From Minisyncoccota bacterium (GTDB lineage: Bacteria; Patescibacteriota; Minisyncoccia; Phycocordibacterales; Phycocordibacteraceae), in contig JBAZRE010000003.1 in the NCBI GenBank assembly GCA_041663025.1, forward strand, positions 2,157 through 66,156: a DNA stretch of 64,000 nucleotides, in the 5' to 3' direction. Shown one piece after another: positions 49,337 through 60,500 of this stretch. A model generated the notes under the pieces. The model had not been told where the DNA came from. It searched no databases and saw nothing but the letters and a program-made list of their open reading frames with translations. Position 1 is the stretch's first letter, and every line of letters starts with the position of its first letter. The position numbers and the translations under genes are program-made.

Positions 49337-49543
49337 ATGGCATATCAAGCAGAACGTGAAGAAATAGAGCTCAAGAAGTTTACCGACTATAAAGATGTCG
49401 CGTATTTGAAGCAGTTCACCAACCCGCATGCCAAGATGCTCTCAAAGAAGCGCACCGGCATCCCAGCAGGGAAACAGCGCGACATCTCTCAAGCGATCAA
49501 GCGTGCCCGCTTCATGGCACTCATGCCGTACGTTTCTGCATAA
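49337..49543 (+). CDS. rpsR: 30S ribosomal protein S18
   Basis: DYKD..L..F, QR.I.QAIKRAR.MALMPY. Confidence 0.96.
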   Translation: MAYQAEREEIELKKFTDYKDVAYLKQFTNPHAKMLSKKRTGIPAGKQRDISQAIKRARFMALMPYVSA

Positions 49544-49588
49544 CGTATAAAATACAAAAAAGCCCCGCTTGAGCGGGGCTTTTTTGTA

Positions 49589-50164
49589 TTACGCCTTCTC
49601 GACGCGTTCGGTATATTCTCCAGAGTCAGTGTTGATGCGGACGATGTCGCCCGCATTGATAAAGAGTGGGACATCTACCTTTGCACCAGTGACGAGGGTG
49701 ACGAGCTTGTTGCCACCGGTTGCGGTGTTACCTTTGGTGCTCGGCGGGGCCTCTTTAACTTCGAGCTCAACCTTCACCGGTATTTTTATCGTCGTCGGCT
49801 TTTCTTCATAGGTCATTACTTCAACAACACTGTTCGGTGCGAGCCACTGTATTTTGTCATGTACCGAGTCCTCGGGAAATGAAAAACGATTCTTCGCATT
49901 CTTCTCTTCAGCGAACCAGCTCTCACCACGATTGGTGTACAAGTATTGGGCATACATTCTGCCGATATCCGCTTCGGTTACCGACTCATTTTGGTGAAAA
50001 GAAATTTCAGTCACTTTGCCAGAAATAAGGTGGCGCAGCTTCGTCTGATTTACCGGTTTGCGCTGTTGCATACGAAAAATATGCGAGGAGAGTACCTCAT
50101 ATGGCTCGTTGTTGTAGTTGATAATGCACTTGGGGAGGATTTCGTTGTAGCTGAGTACTGCCAT
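49589..50164 (-). CDS. efp: Elongation factor P
   Basis: KGNTA.G..K..TGA.V.VPLFI..GD.V.INT..GEY..R. Confidence 0.95.
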   Translation of the reverse strand: MAVLSYNEILPKCIINYNNEPYEVLSSHIFRMQQRKPVNQTKLRHLISGKVTEISFHQNESVTEADIGRMYAQYLYTNRGESWFAEEKNAKNRFSFPEDSVHDKIQWLAPNSVVEVMTYEEKPTTIKIPVKVELEVKEAPPSTKGNTATGGNKLVTLVTGAKVDVPLFINAGDIVRINTDSGEYTERVEKA

Positions 50165-50326
50165 AGATCTGAAACTAATGTCGAATAATGATTGTTATAA
50201 AAAGTGCCCAAAAAGGGCGATTCATGTATGCCCCGTAGCACAATCCTCTAACAGTGCCACGGAGGCGACAAGTGCGATTATAAGTCATTTCCTTAAATTG
50301 TGCTACGGGGTATGCTAGCAGATACC

Positions 50327-50908
50327 ATGAGTTTTTCAACTGCTGAGGACCTCGGTGCTCTCTCGGACGCTGAAGTGCTTGCGCGTTCAAGGTGTGAGCC
50401 AGAGCTGTTTGCGGTGCTCGTTCGCCGCTACGAAGCAGCTCTACTGCGTCGTGCGCGCAAAATCTTATTTTCTCCAGAGGACGCCGAGGAAGCAGTGCAG
50501 GATGCATTTACAAAGATGTATCTCTATGCGGATAAGTATCAAGAGCAATCAGGCGCATCATTTTCTTCATGGGCATACACGATTCTCAATCGTGTTGCCT
50601 ACACCAAATACACAGCACGACGGAAAGAGAGTGGGCAAGTGGCGGAGCTAGAACCAGAGCACTACGAATCACTCCCAGATGCGCGGGCAGAATTTCTTGA
50701 AGATCTATCGATACGAGATGAAGTCATTGCGGCGCTCTCAAAATTGCCTGAAACTGCGGCTAGGATATTGCGGTTGCAGTTTATTGAAGGCAAGAGTCAA
50801 GAAGAGATTGCCGAATCAGAGAATCTCTCAATTCCCGCAGTGAAAACGCGCGTGCATCGCGCCAAAAAACTTTTCAAACAGACCTATGACGAACAACGCT
50901 ATGAATGA
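50327..50908 (+). CDS. ECF-type RNA polymerase sigma factor
   Basis: DAEEAVQDAF, FSSWAY.I, EEIAE...VKTRVHRAK. Confidence 0.92.
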   Translation: MSFSTAEDLGALSDAEVLARSRCEPELFAVLVRRYEAALLRRARKILFSPEDAEEAVQDAFTKMYLYADKYQEQSGASFSSWAYTILNRVAYTKYTARRKESGQVAELEPEHYESLPDARAEFLEDLSIRDEVIAALSKLPETAARILRLQFIEGKSQEEIAESENLSIPAVKTRVHRAKKLFKQTYDEQRYE

Positions 50909-51233
50909 CCAATCAAACATCGAGCGCATTGTAATGCGCCGCGTGCATTTAATGCGCATATTGGGGCTCATTATTTCAACAGCAGTCCTCGCTCTTCTGA
51001 CGCTCATTCTTGCGCTCTGGGGAATCGGCAGGGAAGTGTGGGTCGCGCGCATCTTCGAGAATATGCCCCATTCGGGCGACTTTGCTGCAGTTGGTCGTTT
51101 CTATCTTGATGCATTTGGTCATACACGGCTCGTTGTTCAGGTGCTTACCCTCCTCTCTCTTGCTGCATGCATCTACCTCGCTCGCAAGACCGCTCGCGCA
51201 CTCATCTCTTTCTTCACTCCACCGCATGTCTAG
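50901..51233 (+). CDS. Small membrane protein, candidate anti-sigma factor
   Basis: Overlaps the sigma gene stop; two TM helices. Confidence 0.5.
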   Translation: MNDQSNIERIVMRRVHLMRILGLIISTAVLALLTLILALWGIGREVWVARIFENMPHSGDFAAVGRFYLDAFGHTRLVVQVLTLLSLAACIYLARKTARALISFFTPPHV

Positions 51234-51309
51234 TTTTTAACTAAGATTTTTCACGATTATCCACAAACCAAATGCACCTTAATTTACGCTATAGCGTAGA
51301 ATATGGTAC

Positions 51310-51954
51310 ATGGAAATGAAAGGTAAAAAGAAGGAGGGGAATCTAGATCGTAAGGCGGTCGGAAAGATTGTTGCGCGAACACGGGGGAATAAGCGCATCC
51401 CGCTTCAGACGATTATTCTCGGGACACTTTCGGTGACCGGCGTTCTCGCTGTAGCACTTGTGGCGCCAAATGCGTTGCGCCTTTTTGATTACCTCAATCC
51501 GATCTCTCGCTCAAACACCATCCGGTTCAATCAGCGTATTGCACAAGCACTTTTGCGACTTGAAAGACGTGGACTTATTCACATAACGGGCGAGGGAAGG
51601 AAACGTGAAATACACCTGACGACTCAAGGAGAAGAACTTATTAATGATTTGTATACGGGCGCATATGTTATTCCTCTGCCGGTTCGTTGGGATGGGAAGT
51701 GGCGACTCGTTATGTTTGATGTACCGGAGAAACGCAAGAAAGTTCGTGATACATTGCGCATGCTCTTACGAAGTGCAGGTTTTATTCATTTCCAAGATAG
51801 CGCGTGGATACAACCATATCCCTGCAATGAGCTCGTCACTCTGCTCCGTTCGCATCTCGGAAGCGGTAAGGGCGAAATACGCTACCTCACGGCCTCATTT
51901 GCAGACGAAAGCGACTACTTCTTCCGTAAACACTTCGATCTTATTACCATTTAA
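51310..51954 (+). CDS. PaaX-like winged-HTH protein with Cas2-like C-terminal domain
   Basis: L.RL.RRGLI...LT..G wHTH; WDGKWRLVMFDVPE..RD.LR..L...GF...Q.S.W. Confidence 0.85.
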   Translation: MEMKGKKKEGNLDRKAVGKIVARTRGNKRIPLQTIILGTLSVTGVLAVALVAPNALRLFDYLNPISRSNTIRFNQRIAQALLRLERRGLIHITGEGRKREIHLTTQGEELINDLYTGAYVIPLPVRWDGKWRLVMFDVPEKRKKVRDTLRMLLRSAGFIHFQDSAWIQPYPCNELVTLLRSHLGSGKGEIRYLTASFADESDYFFRKHFDLITI

Positions 51955-52084
51955 GCTCGATTTCTTCGTGTACCTTAATTTACGCTATAGCGTGGTACAT
52001 GGTACATTTCCATTTGTATTTTTTAGAGTTGTCCTGTAGAGTCAGTTTGGATTAGCTGTTCTAAATCATAATGAAAAGGAGGAA

Positions 52085-52570
52085 GTGAAGATGAATCTGA
52101 CAAAGAATTTCGTCAAGGTGTCAGGAGATGCACTTAGAAATCCAGCATTTCATGACTGGATTGCGGATGTTTACAAGAGGCCCTGTATCATTACTTGTTG
52201 TGTTGGTGGAGGAACTGATATTAACAGGGAGTTTCTACGTATGGAATTTCCCGTTAAGAAAAAAGGACCGCTCGGGCGCGAACCAAAAACACATCTACAA
52301 CTTCAAATTGCGAGAAATGTTCTGGAGAAAAATGCAATGGAATTGAAGGATACCCTCACCAGTAAGGGCGTCCATCATATCCGTATAATCACTCCGTTCC
52401 TTTATATCGGAGAAGAACTTTGTCCGCTTGATGGAGATGAAATGGTTCGTGCCGCCTATCTTGGGTATGACAAACTCTTCGTTATCACAACTCCGGAACG
52501 CAAGGCGGAGAAAGAGCGAAAGTTTAAACCCTTAAAGAAAAAGGTACAAATTCTTGCTTTTGACGAGTAA
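52085..52570 (+). CDS. Hypothetical protein resembling a minimal amino-acid-kinase fold
   Basis: VKVSGD...VGGG..IN...DGD; AAGGAGG RBS. Confidence 0.5.
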   Translation: MKMNLTKNFVKVSGDALRNPAFHDWIADVYKRPCIITCCVGGGTDINREFLRMEFPVKKKGPLGREPKTHLQLQIARNVLEKNAMELKDTLTSKGVHHIRIITPFLYIGEELCPLDGDEMVRAAYLGYDKLFVITTPERKAEKERKFKPLKKKVQILAFDE

Positions 52571-52633
52571 ACACTCACCAAACCGTTCGCCTCAGAAGTC
52601 ACTCGGCTTCTTGAGTCGGGCGGTTTCTGTTTT

Positions 52634-53707
52634 TTACGCTTCGGCGAGTTTCGCTTTGATTTGTTTGAGGAGATCGTTAGCGATTGGTTTGTTGGTGGCG
52701 AGGAAGGTGCGAGAGGCGTCATAGCCGACGCCGAGCTTCGTTTCTGTCGCCCCCTGCCTGCCGGCAGGCAGGATCTTGTAGGTGGCACCAGATTTCGCTA
52801 CGAGGCCGTACTTCTCACCCAGCGCGAGAAGCTCGCCCTCGCGGCTGATTCCCTCGTTATAGAGAAGATCAAACTCAGTAGTTCTGAAGGGTGCAGCAAC
52901 TTTATTCTTCACTACTTTTACGCGCACTCTGCCGCCAACAACTTCTTCACCCTTCTTGATGCTCGCGATGCGGCGGATGTCCAAACGCACTGAGGTGTAG
53001 AACTTGAGTGCCTTTCCGCCCGGTGTTGTCTCCGGATTACCGAACATCACGCCGATTTGCATTCTAATTTGATTAATAAAAATAACGATGGTTTTGGAGC
53101 GTGAGACAATGGCAGTCAATTTGCGCAAAGCCTGACTCATGAGTCGCGCTTGTTTGCCAACGTGTTGCTGGCCCATCTCCCCCTCAATCTCATCTTTCGG
53201 TGTGAGTGCAGCGACCGAATCGATGACAATAATATCAACATTGCCACTGCGTACGAGCGATTCAACTATATCAAGCGCCTGTTCGCCAGTGTCCGGCTGC
53301 GATATTAGAAGTTCAGCGAGCTTCACTCCAATACGGCGTGCATATTCAGGATCGAGCGCATGTTCTGCATCAACAAATGCGGCGATGCCACCAGCCTTCT
53401 GTGCCTCGGCGATGACATGGAGCGCAAGCGTCGTTTTACCCGAAGATTCTGGCCCAAAGATTTCAATGATGCGTCCGCATGGGAGACCTCCAACGCCAAG
53501 TGCGGCGTCCAGGCCAATGGATCCTGTTGATATAGATGGGATCTTCTTTGGAGTTCCTGCTCCGAAGACCGTGATTGCTTCATCACCGAATTTGGTGCGA
53601 ATCTCTTTGAGTGCGTGTTCGATCGATTTCTGACGTTCATCTTTATCCGTACTCGTTGCCGTGACGGTCTTTAAAACTTTTTCTTTTTTTGGTTTTCCGA
53701 AGGCCAT
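52634..53707 (-). CDS. recA: Recombinase RecA
   Basis: [49 protein letters not shown]. Confidence 0.98.
   Translation of the reverse strand: MAFGKPKKEKVLKTVTATSTDKDERQKSIEHALKEIRTKFGDEAITVFGAGTPKKIPSISTGSIGLDAALGVGGLPCGRIIEIFGPESSGKTTLALHVIAEAQKAGGIAAFVDAEHALDPEYARRIGVKLAELLISQPDTGEQALDIVESLVRSGNVDIIVIDSVAALTPKDEIEGEMGQQHVGKQARLMSQALRKLTAIVSRSKTIVIFINQIRMQIGVMFGNPETTPGGKALKFYTSVRLDIRRIASIKKGEEVVGGRVRVKVVKNKVAAPFRTTEFDLLYNEGISREGELLALGEKYGLVAKSGATYKILPAGRQGATETKLGVGYDASRTFLATNKPIANDLLKQIKAKLAEA
52753..52772. repeat. 20-bp perfect palindrome CCTGCCTGCCGGCAGGCAGG inside recA
   Basis: Encodes LPAGRQ in the C-terminal domain. Confidence 0.9.
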
Positions 53708-53734
53708 AATGTCAATAATTTTAATTTACAATTT

Positions 53735-54067
53735 TCAATTTTCAAACGGCACAAAAACGTCTCTCGTAGCGGTCACCCGTTTTCCGAATCGGTCGGTTGC
53801 CACAAAGGTAAGTATAGACCCTCCACGCGGTAGCGTAAGAACGGATGAAAAGCTCCCATCCTCTTGATGCAGAATAGCAGCACCGTTCAGTGTGAGCACA
53901 GCGGCTCGTGCAGCTTTTCCAGAGACAGTAACAATACCATTCGGGAATGCCCCATCGTTTGAAGGGGAGGCGATGGAGAGATTGGGGCCGACTATGACCG
54001 GCAGAGCTTCAACAAGACCGTATACAACTAGGATGACCAGAACGACGAGGATGAGATACCGAGTCAT
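53735..54067 (-). CDS. Small membrane-anchored Ig-like protein
   Basis: N-terminal TM, GP.L.I.SP, A.DRFG motif. Confidence 0.65.
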   Translation of the reverse strand: MTRYLILVVLVILVVYGLVEALPVIVGPNLSIASPSNDGAFPNGIVTVSGKAARAAVLTLNGAAILHQEDGSFSSVLTLPRGGSILTFVATDRFGKRVTATRDVFVPFEN

Positions 54068-54075
54068 GGGTTATA

Positions 54076-56274
54076 TCAGAAGTGTTCTACGTCATCATTA
54101 TTCTGGGTTTTGGAAACAGAAGTTAGGATCTCACGAGGTTTCGATCCATCAGCAGCACCGATAACGCCCTTCGCTTCGAGTACGTCCATAAGTCGTGCCG
54201 CTCTTGAGTATCCAATCTTCAATTTGCGCTGCAGATACGAGGTTGAAGCACGCCCGACTTCTTCGACAGCGACTCTAGCATCCTCATAGAGATCATCATC
54301 AATGTCATCATCATCGAAACTACCATTCATAAGTCCAATAACATCGCTCGGTTCTGATACAGAAGTTCCGTTCCCGCCGAAATCTATGCTCGAGAGATCA
54401 CCCGCATTGTGACTCTTTATGTAGCTCACTACTCTCTTCACCTCATTCTCACTAATGAAAGCAGTCTGAATGCGCACCGGCTTCTGCATGTCACTCGAGA
54501 GATAGAGCATGTCTCCAGCTCCGAGCAAGGTCTCCGCGCCTGCGCCATCAAGGATGGTGCGCGAATCTATTTGAGAAGCGACTTGAAGAGCCATGCGTGT
54601 CGGCACGTTTGCCTTAATAAGACCTGTAATAACATTCACTGAAGGACGTTGGGTGGATAGAACGAGGTGAATACCGACCGCGCGAGACATCTGCGCGAGG
54701 CGGACAATAGAAGCTTCAAGCTCTCGCGGGAAGCTATGCATAATATCGGCGAGCTCATCGATGACTATGACGATGTAGGGAAGCGCCTCTGGCATTTCTA
54801 CAGCTCCTTTCTTCTTTGCAGGTTCATAAATAGTTGAGTGATAAGAATTGATATCACGTACATGTTCTGCTTCCAGGATGTTATATCGGCGCTCCATTTC
54901 TTTTGCCGCCCACTTGAGAGAGAATATTGTCTTCTTCGGGTCGGTGATGACTGGAGTGAGCAGATGCGGAATACCATTGTATGCGGTGAGCTCGACACGC
55001 TTCGGGTCTATCATAATGAAGCGCAGCTGATTAGGGCTATTGCGATAGAGCAGAGAAGTGATGATTGCATGGATAGCAACTGATTTTCCTGACCCTGTTG
55101 CACCAGCAACGAGGGCATGCGGCATCTTAGCGATGTTGACGTAATGCGGTGTGCCGGTGATATCGCGACCAAGAGCGGCGAGCAAGGGCTTCGTACTCTC
55201 ATTCCATTCGGGCGACGAGAGTAGGCCTCCGAGCCCTACCATTGCCTTGACGGTATTTGGGACTTCGATACCAACGAGGGACTTCCCAGGAATTGGTGCC
55301 TCGATGCGTACTGGGTGTGCGGCAAGCGCGAGTTCAAGGTTATTCGCGAGAGAGACTATCTTTGAGAGTCGCACACCTTCAGCGGGCTTGACCGCATAGC
55401 GCGTGACGGTCGGACCGACTGATACCTCATCCATCTCAAGATTGATGCCGAAGTTCTGGAATGTGCGCTTGATGATGTTCGCATTCGCTTTTATATCTCC
55501 AACACCAGGTTTCCCTTTGTCTGCACCAAGTATCGAGAGTGGGGGAGGATCATATTCGGCATCAAAGTTCGCGATACCAGTGCCATGCACACTAACTACT
55601 GGATCATCGGAGGCACGATTAAAAATAGTTACCACTGGTGAGTGTTCTGACGCAGACACACCCTTGAAGCCATCATCCGTATCTTCTTGAGGAACACCGA
55701 CAACGCTACCATCGTCTTCATCAAAAAATTCTTCCTCTTCATTTTTTCGTGAACGCAGGCGTTCCCAGAGCGATAGTACATTTTCACCGAGAAATACCCC
55801 GATTGCTTCAAGGTCAATCACGATCGCGACACCGATGGCGATGGTTGCGAGGAGCAACACTAGTGCACCCCAAAAACCAAAGAAGCTGGAGAGTACCCCG
55901 CCAAGCCATGTGCCAGTCTTGCCACCAAATTGTGTTCCAGGGAAAAGTCCAGCGAAAGAAAGAAATGATGCAAGCATGAGTATGAGGCCAGAAGCAGTGA
56001 GTGGCGCAAGGAGTGAACAACGGAACCCAGCATAGACACCAATTGCGATTAGGGCGAGTGGTAAGAAGAATGATCCAATGCCGACTATCGTATAACTCGT
56101 GGTAAAGATCGTGTCACCAACAGGACCGGCTTTACCGAAAATGGCGAGGATAAGGAGAACTCCTGCAGCTAAGAGAACGACCGCAGAAGCGTAGCGGACA
56201 AGTGTGTCATATTCTCGTACTTCTTTCTCACGAACACGTCCTTGTTTAGTGCTCGTATCATTTTTGCGGCTCAT
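54076..56274 (-). CDS. ftsK: DNA translocase FtsK
   Basis: N-terminal TMs, RIEAPIPGK, AGATGSGKS, IDELAD, STQRPS, LQRKLKIGYSRAAR. Confidence 0.96.
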   Translation of the reverse strand: MSRKNDTSTKQGRVREKEVREYDTLVRYASAVVLLAAGVLLILAIFGKAGPVGDTIFTTSYTIVGIGSFFLPLALIAIGVYAGFRCSLLAPLTASGLILMLASFLSFAGLFPGTQFGGKTGTWLGGVLSSFFGFWGALVLLLATIAIGVAIVIDLEAIGVFLGENVLSLWERLRSRKNEEEEFFDEDDGSVVGVPQEDTDDGFKGVSASEHSPVVTIFNRASDDPVVSVHGTGIANFDAEYDPPPLSILGADKGKPGVGDIKANANIIKRTFQNFGINLEMDEVSVGPTVTRYAVKPAEGVRLSKIVSLANNLELALAAHPVRIEAPIPGKSLVGIEVPNTVKAMVGLGGLLSSPEWNESTKPLLAALGRDITGTPHYVNIAKMPHALVAGATGSGKSVAIHAIITSLLYRNSPNQLRFIMIDPKRVELTAYNGIPHLLTPVITDPKKTIFSLKWAAKEMERRYNILEAEHVRDINSYHSTIYEPAKKKGAVEMPEALPYIVIVIDELADIMHSFPRELEASIVRLAQMSRAVGIHLVLSTQRPSVNVITGLIKANVPTRMALQVASQIDSRTILDGAGAETLLGAGDMLYLSSDMQKPVRIQTAFISENEVKRVVSYIKSHNAGDLSSIDFGGNGTSVSEPSDVIGLMNGSFDDDDIDDDLYEDARVAVEEVGRASTSYLQRKLKIGYSRAARLMDVLEAKGVIGAADGSKPREILTSVSKTQNNDDVEHF

Positions 56275-56396
56275 AATATGTATAGTGTACCACCGCAATG
56301 TGCACCAAGAGAAGTTTTGCAGCTTGCCCCGTATCAAATGCATTTGATACGGGGCTTGCACACTATCTAATAGGACATATACTGCTCATATAACCT

Positions 56397-57176
56397 ATGC
56401 AAAAAGGACAAAATATAGGACAGAGCATGGAACTCAAGCAAATCCAGACGAGGACAAAAGACACGCATCTAGAAGATTTTGTCCTAGAAAAAAGCATATT
56501 TAATAACGTATTTGAAAAAGACATACGCCGTGTATTTATCTATAAGAAAGCCGAGAGACTCGCAAAAGCAATCCATCTCATCTCACCAGCTTTCTCAGAG
56601 TCAGCGTCCTTGAGGAATCGTGTTGATGCGATTGCAATCGGTCTTGTTGATGCAGCGATTCTTCCTCTCAACTCTACACTCCCTCGTGAACTTCTAGCAC
56701 TCTCAAGCATACTCTCTATCGCGCGATCGGGGGGTCTTCTTTCAACAATGAACACCGAGCTCATAACTCGCGAAGCACACACACTACTTCAGGAGGTTGC
56801 TAGTTATGAAGAGCCTCGACTCTTCCTCGACGATGCACCAACGCTCTCCAGCATAGCGAAGAGTGCTCTATCGCAAGATTCTCGCCAAAGTTTAGATGCC
56901 CGAACGCTGAAACACATAGTGCCAAATATTTCGGCGAAGGCTAAGCACACTCCAAGCAATAAAGGACATATAAAGGACACGGAACAAGTAAAGGACAGAC
57001 GCGAGACGATATTGTCCGTTATAAAAAACAAACATAAAGCTAGTATAAAGGACATTTCTACCCATATTCGTGGTGTCTCCGAGAAGACAATTCAACGTGA
57101 GCTCGCCTCTCTTATTGAGATCGGTATGGTGTTAAAAGATGGGGAACGGCGTTGGAGCACATATTCTCTCGCCTAA
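56397..57176 (+). CDS. Protein with C-terminal DeoR-like winged HTH
   Basis: SIKDI....VSEKTIQREL..L...G.V...GERRWS.Y. Confidence 0.75.
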   Translation: MQKGQNIGQSMELKQIQTRTKDTHLEDFVLEKSIFNNVFEKDIRRVFIYKKAERLAKAIHLISPAFSESASLRNRVDAIAIGLVDAAILPLNSTLPRELLALSSILSIARSGGLLSTMNTELITREAHTLLQEVASYEEPRLFLDDAPTLSSIAKSALSQDSRQSLDARTLKHIVPNISAKAKHTPSNKGHIKDTEQVKDRRETILSVIKNKHKASIKDISTHIRGVSEKTIQRELASLIEIGMVLKDGERRWSTYSLA

Positions 57177-57543
57177 CTTGGCTTGTAAGCTTTGACTTAG
57201 TAGGACGTATTTGATAGTATGCAGTTTGTGGTAGCGACTCAAGAATAAGTGCGAAATAGGCCGGAAACGGTCTCTTTCGCTTTGCATTTCTTCGTCGTTA
57301 TCCACAAGCAGCATTCATAACATGCTTGCCTCCGCTATATACTAGGAGGCAGTCCTTACGAGGACATTTTGTTCTCGAGAGGGCGTACTTTGATAACTAA
57401 ATAGTCCCGCTACAGCGGGACATCAACTCTTGCCAACTAACCCATGGCGCACTGGTCGATACCGTTCGCTGTGGGGTAGTGTAAAAGTGCTTTGTGCGAA
57501 AAACTTGATTACTCATGTGCTCTTAAAATAATTAATAATTGTT

Positions 57544-60500
57544 ATGCAAACAGTAACTATGAAAGCGACCGCGAAGATTGCAGCAGTAGCGACTGGACTC
57601 GCGATGGCGACGTCAATGCTCTCACTTGCGCCTATAGCGCACGCGGCAGCTCTGACAAGCTCGCAAATCTCGTCGATTCTCTCGTTGCTCTCTTCATTCG
57701 GTGCAGGTGCTGACACGATCGCAAATGTCAATGCGGCCCTCAACGGCCAGGCGACGAGCGGTACGACCACCACCACGACAGGAACTTCAGCTTGCTCGTT
57801 CTCGCGCGATCTCACGATTGGCGCGACAGGTGCTGACGTAAAGTGCCTCCAACAGGCACTTATCGCAGGAGGCTTCTCGATCCCTGCTGGCGCAACGAGC
57901 TACTTCGGTACTCAGACGCGCGCAGCTGTTGCTTCTTGGCAGTCGTCTAAGAATGTTGCTCCCGCAGTTGGATACTTCGGTCCCATCTCGCGCGCAGCGT
58001 TCAATCTCGGCGGCGGCGGTTCAACAACCACGACAACCACGACAACCACGACACAGACAGCAGGTACGGGCAATGGCCTGAAGGTCACGCTCGCATCTGA
58101 CTCACCGAACGGCATCGCACTTGTTCAGACACAAGCGATTGGCGAACTCGCAAAGTTCACCTTCGCGAATCCAACCAGTGCTGATGTAAAGGTGACGAAT
58201 GTTGCCTTCAAGCGTATTGGTGTGTCATCTGACTCAACACTGTCAGCGGTATACCTCTACAACGGTGCAAGTCGTCTCACTGACGCTGCGAGCATCACTT
58301 CTGGTGCTTTCAACTTCAACGATTCAGCTGGTCTCTTCACGGTGCCGGCAGGCCAGACTTATACAGTCTCGGTCCGCTCCAACATCTTGACAGGCACAAA
58401 CGGTCAACAGATCGGCGTCCAGCTTGTATCGGTCACTTCGTCCGGTACGCTTGACTCTTCTGTAGTCTTCCCAATTACGGGCGGCATCCAGACCATCTCG
58501 TCCGCATCCATGGGTACGGTAGTAGTCACCTACACTGGCCCTACGAGTGCAACGGAGGATCCTGGCAATGATGTCCGCGTCTTTGAAGGTTCAACAGTAG
58601 TCTCAACTCATGCCGCTGACCTTAGTTCAATCACCTTTGAAAATCGCGGCACTTCTAGTGATGGCGACCTCAAGAACTTCCGTCTCTATGTAGACGGTGT
58701 TGTTGTTGGCTCAACGGTAAGCCAGTCAGTCAATGATAAGGTAACCTTCGATCTTACTGCTAGCCCTGTTCGCCTAGCGACGGGTACGCGTATCATCAAG
58801 GTGCTTGCTGATATCGTCGGCGGTTCAAGCTATACCTATGACATCCAGATTCGCCGTGCAGTAGATGCGCGCTTTGTGGATGCTGAACTAGGTCAGCCGA
58901 TTCTTGCCACTGGTACTATGGCAGCTGCAGCCGCGAATACTATCGCTGGAGGCACGCTCTCTATCACTAAGGCAACGAATTCTCCGAGCGATAACGTCGG
59001 ACTCTCTTCTACCAACGTCAAGTGGGCGACCTATGAGGTTCGTGCCGCTGGCGAGGATGTGAAGGTTGAGGCGGCTACTATTGCGGCATATTATGCTGCT
59101 GGGGTTACAGCTACAACGACGGATAACGCGAAAGTATTCTTGAATGGTGTGCAGATCGGTTCAACTGCCGACATTGCTGCCGCAGGAACTGAATTCACAT
59201 TCGGTTCATCATTCATCGCTCGCCACGGTGTGGTTGAGATCTTGGATATCTACGGTGATGCAAAGACATCTGGAGCAGTAGATTATCCTGCAGCATCTGA
59301 CATTACCGTTGGTATCGCGGTTGCTTCTGCAGACACTGAAGGTATGAGCTCTGGTGACGCAGTAACTGCCATCACAGAAAAGGATGGCAATGCTCGCACA
59401 ATCTCGGCTTCTACCCTAACGGCGTCTAAGTACTCCGGCTACGGTGATCAAACAATGATTGCAGGCACGAATAATGCCAAGCTCGGTTCGTTCACTCTCT
59501 CTGCGGGTTCAACCGAGGGTGTGAATGTCAACACCATCGCTATCAACCTTTCTGCTGTAGAAGCGGCTAGCGTCACGGACCTTCGGCTCGTAGACTCGGT
59601 CACTGGTGCACAGATTGGTTCAACGAAGGTTACTCCATCAGGTAGTGCTACTGGAGCAGGAGACAACTCCTACTCGGTCAACGTCGCAATACCGGCAAAC
59701 GGCACTAAGACGATTGACCTTGTTGGTAACATCAAATCTGCCGCGGAACTTGGTCCGTGGACAGCTCAACTTGATGACACGACAGGTGGCACAGGCGCGG
59801 TAACTGCACAGTCAGTTACAGTCTCTGCTACCACTCTTCAGACGATTACTCTTTCTACAGCTGTTCTCACGGCTGCAGTAGGTGTATCGCCTGATAACGC
59901 AAACGTGATTGCAGGTTCTGTCATGGTGAAAGTCGGCTCGTTCGACTTCACTTCGCAGTACTCTGCGTTCACAGTAGACAAGATTGCAGTGAAGATTCCG
60001 AATAACTCAGCAACATCTGTTGCTTCGGTTACCTTGAGGTATCCGAATGCAAGCGGTGTCTCTACGGACACGAGTGCGACTCTCGCATCTCCTCTGTCTA
60101 CAGAGGCATACGCGACAGCTTCCTTCACTGGTCTCACGTTCTACATTCCGCAGAACACGACCAAGAAAGTTGATGTCTATGTCAACTTGGCTTCTATCCA
60201 AGCTGACGGTGATTCAGGTAAGTCGGTTACTGTCCTTCTCAGTGACTTTGGAGGCTTCCGCAAGACGGACTCCGCAGGCACGGCCAACACAACCCTTACA
60301 GGTTCTGGAGACCTTGCCTCGGCTTCAACTGGCAAGGGCACGATGTATGTGAGGAAGTCAATTCCGACCCTCTCTGCAGTCGCTCTTGATAGCTCAACTC
60401 TCACTGCTGGCACGAACAAGGCATTTGCCCGTGTGAAGGTCACAGCAGATGCGGCTGGAGATATTAGTTGGGATAAGATTGCTTTCGTGGTCAACAAGAC

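Noticed and set aside
51310-51954. CRISPR-Cas system suggested by the Cas2-like domain
   Set aside because: No repeat-spacer array or other cas genes; it fits a PaaX-like regulator.
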